A stretch of DNA of 23,670 nt, taken from Kofleriaceae bacterium. GTDB taxonomy: Bacteria > Myxococcota_A > Polyangia > Haliangiales > Haliangiaceae. The translations under genes and the position numbers were made by a program. Below, one piece after another: positions 19,992 through 23,670 of this stretch. Numbering within the stretch: position 1 is the first letter of the stretch; every line of letters starts with the position of its first letter. The notes beneath the pieces are model-generated. The model searched no databases and was not told where the DNA came from. It was given only the letters and a program-made list of their open reading frames with translations. The stretch covers positions 1-23,670 of the forward strand of contig JBKJLC010000139.1 in assembly GCA_046597055.1 (NCBI GenBank), given 5' to 3'.

Positions 19992-20362
19992 CGCGCGGCC
20001 CCCTGCTCGATCCAGGTGCGGATCAGCGCGACATCGACCGCGGGCAGCGGCGCGTCGGGCGGCATGCGGACCCGCTCGTTGCCCTCGAGCAGGAACAGCA
20101 GCGGGCTGGTCAGGTCACCGGGCACCACGAAGTTCCCGTCGACCACCGCCGCGTAGGCCTGGTCGGGATCCTGGAGGTCGAGCTCGGCCCGCACCGCCAG
20201 CGCGCTGTGGCAGGTCGCGGTCGCGCAGCCCGGCACCACGATCGCGGCGTGGATGTAGGACCAGGTCGGCGGACGGTCGCCGGGTTCGATACAGGCAGAC
20301 GTCGCGAAGGCAAGGGACGGCACCAGGGCCCCCGCCCATCGCAACCAGCGTCGGATCGGCAT
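19988..20362 (-). CDS. Small cytochrome c-like lipoprotein with atypical CX4CH motif
   Basis: Lipobox-like ATSA-C; PTW...GCATATCH (20207-20227); distal RMPP and LIRTWIEQGA. Its stop overlaps the next start (ATGA at 19988-19991). Confidence 0.75.
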   Translation of the reverse strand: MPIRRWLRWAGALVPSLAFATSACIEPGDRPPTWSYIHAAIVVPGCATATCHSALAVRAELDLQDPDQAYAAVVDGNFVVPGDLTSPLLFLLEGNERVRMPPDAPLPAVDVALIRTWIEQGAAR

Positions 20363-20479
20363 GCCTCACGTTAGTGCCAGCCAGGCCGCAAAAGTCGCAA
20401 CGGGGCGCACACGGGCGCACGGACTATCTGTTCGCCTCGCAGGTTCAAACTTCTCGCGAACGGCCGACTCACACGGATC

Positions 20480-23400
20480 ATGAAGGTATTCCCCGGCGTG
20501 CGGTTGGCGTGGCTGCCGCTGGCGATCGCGTTCGTCGTTTCGTGCGGAGGCGGGGGCGGTGGTGGGGGCGGCGGTGGCGACGGCGGTGGCGACGGCAGCG
20601 ACGCCGCGGCGCCGCCTGACGCGAGCGCTCCTGATGCCGGCGACGTCGATGGCCCCGGCCCGGTCGATGCCGGGACCGACGCGGCGCCGGTGATGTCGAT
20701 CATCAGCATCTTTCCCAGCGCGGCGTCGCGCGCGGTCGAGACCTCGCTGCGGGTCACCGGGGCCTACCTGGCCACCGGCGCCACGTTACGTCTGTCCAAC
20801 TGCGACACCGCCACGAGCTACGACCTGACGCCGAGCGTCCAGGTGGCTGCCGATGGCCTCTCGCTGACCGCGTCGCTCGCCGCCGATCCGCTCCGCGAGC
20901 AGGGCCTGTACACGGTCACCGTCGCGAACCCGGACGGCGCGTCCGATGCCCTCGAGTGCGCGTTCCGCGTGCTGGCGGCCGCGCCGCCCACCGTCACGGA
21001 TGTGGTGCCGGCCAGCTCCTACCGAGGTGTCGCCGGCGACGGCGTCAACTCCGACACCACCATCAGCATCGTCGGGACCGGCTTCCAGTCGACCCCGACG
21101 GTGCGCTGGGTCAGCACCGATGGGAGTCGCAGCTATGACGCGCTGTTCGTGGGCTACGGGTCGTCGACCCAGCTCACCGCGGTGGTGCCGTCGGAGACGT
21201 TGGGCATGGCCGCCGGCCAGTACCACGTGTTCATCACCAACCCGGATCTGCTCACCGCGCAGTGGCGGGTCGTCGACCAGGCCACCCTGGTGCCCGGTGT
21301 CTTCACGGTCACCACCAACGCACCGCCCGACATCGTCGACGTCAGCCCGGCCCGCATCGAGAACGGCAGCTGCACCTCGACGTCGCTGACGATCAGCGGC
21401 CGCGGCTTCGCGGTCGGAGCGACGGTCTGGTACGTCGCCCCCGCCGGCACCACCTGCGCGGGCTCGATCCGGGACGCCAACGGCGCGACCCTGTGCCCCT
21501 TGATCGTCGACGCGGTCGCCGCGGGCAGCACCATCACCGCGCACCTCGGAACCTGCCCCGGGCAAGGGTCCTACCCGCTGGTCGCGATCAACCCCGACGG
21601 GCAGAGCGACTACTTCTTCTCGATCGAGATCACGCCGTCCTCGGCCGGCCACCTCAACACCGGCCCGTTCATTACCCAGGCCAACGCGCTGCAGGTGGCT
21701 CGTTGGAAGCACGCCGTCGCGTTTGGCTTCGACACGTTCGGGCGCAGCCACCTGTATGTCGCCGGCGGCCAGGACGCGAGCGGCGTGGCGCTCGGCAGCG
21801 TCGAGGCGAGCGAGCTCGACATCTTCGGCACGCCGGGCGCGTTCCGCATGCTCGAGCAGTACGGCTCCCCGACCAACCCGCGCGTGCGCAACCAGCTCAA
21901 CGTCCCGCGCCAAGGCCTCACCATGGTTCGCCTCGGGCGCGACCTGTTCGCCGCCGGCGGCGCCACCCTCGCGACCGACGTGTCGTCGGTGATCCCGGCC
22001 AGCGCCGAGGTCGAGCACGCCCGGATCTTGTCGTACGACGAGATGCCGGCGATCCGCACGCCGCGCGCCAACCCCGGCGCCGGGCTGCCGGTCGGCTCCT
22101 GGTATTACCGGGTGTCCGCGATCGGACCGTGGGGCGAGAGCCTGGCATCGACAGAGACGGTGGTCCTCAACCGGGGCGGGCAGATCGAGGTGTGCTGGAA
22201 CCCGCCGGCGCTGCCCGGCGCGACCGCGTACCACGTCTATCGCTCGCTCAGCGCCGACGGCCGCGCCGGCACGGCATCGGCGCTGGCCTACGAGCTCACC
22301 GGGAGCTGCCTCACCGACGACGGCGCCGGTCCCCTGACGCCCGCGCCCAGCGCGGTGCGCGGCACGATCACCACCGGTGGCGCGCTCGCGGTCACCGATC
22401 ACAGCTACCGGGTGTCGGCCACCGTGGCCCTCGCCGGCGGTGTGCTGTTCGAGACCTACGCCGGCTATGCCTCGACGGTGGCCGTGACCGCCGCCGACGT
22501 CGGCGCCGGCAACGCGAGCGTCACGCTGGCGTGGAACCCGATCCCGAACGCAACCTACAGCGTCTTCAAGCTGGACCCGGGCACCGGCCGCTATCGCCTG
22601 CTCGCCGGGGCCGGCGCCGTGACCGCGACCACCCTGATCGATGGCGGCCTGGCGTTCGACGCCAGCGACCGCGGCCCCCGGGCGCAGGTGACGCCGCTGG
22701 CGCCCGGCAGCCTGTCGCGCTGGGACGCGAACACCGTGCCGGCGTTGACCGTCGCGCGCGAGGGGCTCGACGGGGTGGCCATCGCGATGGATCCGATGAC
22801 CTCCGGCAACCTGATCGGTCGCATCCTGGTCGCCGGTGGCCGCAGCAGCAACGCCAGCGGCAGCGGCGCCTACCTGCGCACCGCCGAGTCGCTCGGCGTC
22901 TACGCCGACGGCACCTTCGACGTGACCTGGTCGATCGAGACCCCGCAGTTCACCTCGGCGCGCGCGTACTTCGCGCTGCTGACCACCCAGGGCCGCAACG
23001 AGACCCCGTTCCCGCCCCCGCCGAGCGAGCCACCGTGTGGCGATCTCGATGGCGACGGAGCCGTCAGCTGCAACTGCGCGGCACCCGGGACGCCGAACAG
23101 CCAGCTCGACTGCAACGACGCCGATCCGACCGTCCACCCCGGCGCGACCGAGATCTGCGGCGACGGCATCGACCAGGACTGTGACCAGGGCTGCACCGGC
23201 ACCGACCTGGCCTGTACGTGCACCACCGACGCCGACCTCGACGGGCACGTCTCGACCGCCGCGTGCGGCGGCGACGATTGCTGCGACACCGGCCTCGAGA
23301 CGACCACGCTGGGCTGCGCCGCTGGCACCGCCGGTGGCATCCACCCCGGGGTCGTCGACATCTGCGGCGACGGCATCGACCAGGACTGCGACGGGATCGA

Positions 23401-23670
23401 TCGAGCGTGCACGTGCGCCACCGATGCTGATGGCGACGGCCACGTCGCGATCGCGTGCGGCGGCGCTGACTGCTGCGACGTCGGCACCGACGTGTCGCTG
23501 GGCTGCACCGACGCCACCGACCAGGGCATCCACCCCGGCGCAGCGGAGATCTGCGGCAACGGCGTCGACGACGACTGCGTGGGTGGCGACGAGCAGTGCC
23601 CCATCCCGGCGTGGTCACCGCCCACCGCCAGGATCCGGTCATCGCCGATGACCGAGCTTCGCGACGACGT
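20480..23670 (+). CDS. Large surface lipoprotein (>1060 aa, 3'-truncated by the window): IPT/TIG-like x3, kelch-like, FN3-like and MopE-type Cys/Asp metal-binding repeats
   Basis: Own translation from ATG 20480: MKVFPGVRLAWLPLAIAFVVS-CGGGGG (lipobox). IPT-like PPTVTDVVP..ISIVGTGF, YTVTVANPDG and PPDIVDVSP..LTISGRGF. Kelch-like ARWKHA..LYVAGG, LFAAGG, ILVAGG. FN3-like YYRVSAIGPWGES, VCW..AYHVYRS. DCNDADPTVHPGATEICGDGIDQDCD repeats. No stop seen; frame checked at several points up to the window end. Confidence 0.88.
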   Translation, partial: MKVFPGVRLAWLPLAIAFVVSCGGGGGGGGGGGDGGGDGSDAAAPPDASAPDAGDVDGPGPVDAGTDAAPVMSIISIFPSAASRAVETSLRVTGAYLATGATLRLSNCDTATSYDLTPSVQVAADGLSLTASLAADPLREQGLYTVTVANPDGASDALECAFRVLAAAPPTVTDVVPASSYRGVAGDGVNSDTTISIVGTGFQSTPTVRWVSTDGSRSYDALFVGYGSSTQLTAVVPSETLGMAAGQYHVFITNPDLLTAQWRVVDQATLVPGVFTVTTNAPPDIVDVSPARIENGSCTSTSLTISGRGFAVGATVWYVAPAGTTCAGSIRDANGATLCPLIVDAVAAGSTITAHLGTCPGQGSYPLVAINPDGQSDYFFSIEITPSSAGHLNTGPFITQANALQVARWKHAVAFGFDTFGRSHLYVAGGQDASGVALGSVEASELDIFGTPGAFRMLEQYGSPTNPRVRNQLNVPRQGLTMVRLGRDLFAAGGATLATDVSSVIPASAEVEHARILSYDEMPAIRTPRANPGAGLPVGSWYYRVSAIGPWGESLASTETVVLNRGGQIEVCWNPPALPGATAYHVYRSLSADGRAGTASALAYELTGSCLTDDGAGPLTPAPSAVRGTITTGGALAVTDHSYRVSATVALAGGVLFETYAGYASTVAVTAADVGAGNASVTLAWNPIPNATYSVFKLDPGTGRYRLLAGAGAVTATTLIDGGLAFDASDRGPRAQVTPLAPGSLSRWDANTVPALTVAREGLDGVAIAMDPMTSGNLIGRILVAGGRSSNASGSGAYLRTAESLGVYADGTFDVTWSIETPQFTSARAYFALLTTQGRNETPFPPPPSEPPCGDLDGDGAVSCNCAAPGTPNSQLDCNDADPTVHPGATEICGDGIDQDCDQGCTGTDLACTCTTDADLDGHVSTAACGGDDCCDTGLETTTLGCAAGTAGGIHPGVVDICGDGIDQDCDGIDRACTCATDADGDGHVAIACGGADCCDVGTDVSLGCTDATDQGIHPGAAEICGNGVDDDCVGGDEQCPIPAWSPPTARIRSSPMTELRDD
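23105..23600 (+). repeat. Three Cys/Asp-rich putative metal-binding (MopE-type) repeats
   Basis: HPG..(E/D)ICG(D/N)G(I/V)D(Q/D)DC, with His codons at 23135, 23342 and 23531 (spacing 207 and 189 bp). ATCTGCGGCGACGGCATCGACCAGGACTG is identical in copies 1 and 2. Confidence 0.88.

Noticed and set aside
20786..23533. 915-aa minus-strand ORF (and 21262..23184 +)
   Set aside because: Shadows of the true plus-strand lipoprotein starting at 20480, which has clear domain motifs.
23105..23600. Spaced ~29-bp DNA repeats as a possible CRISPR array
   Set aside because: Spacing is ~190-210 bp, the repeats are in frame and encode protein repeats, and there are no cas genes.

Overview
Very high-GC bacterial DNA that looks myxobacterial (Myxococcota). 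This is inferred from two eukaryote-like Ser/Thr kinases, a kinase plus TPR/PEGA-type pair, an AgmX/PglI-like domain, a DUF4388-type protein and many Cys-rich lipoproteins. About 19 genes are supported. Left end (minus): a 5'-nucleotidase lipoprotein, an OB-fold-like lipoprotein and an outer-membrane beta-barrel, divergent from pyruvate kinase (pyk). Middle: signalling and envelope genes (two kinases, TPR protein, transglutaminase-like lipoprotein, TlpA-like thioredoxin, single-domain response regulator, COG0523/CobW GTPase). Right end: a coupled three-gene c-type cytochrome operon (minus), made of a small CX4CH lipoprotein, a Cyc2-like fused cytochrome-porin and a di-heme/Ig-like lipoprotein. 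It is divergent from a >1060-aa surface lipoprotein (IPT/TIG, kelch-like, FN3-like and Cys/Asp-rich MopE-type repeats) that runs off the window and is missing from the ORF track. The main highlights are the porin-cytochrome operon, the candidate nucleic-acid/nucleotide scavenging operon, and a window-wide pattern of TAnnnT boxes 5-8 nt before start codons that suggests leaderless transcription. I saw no rRNA, tRNA, CRISPR or mobile element. All family calls come from motif recognition by eye, not from database searches.
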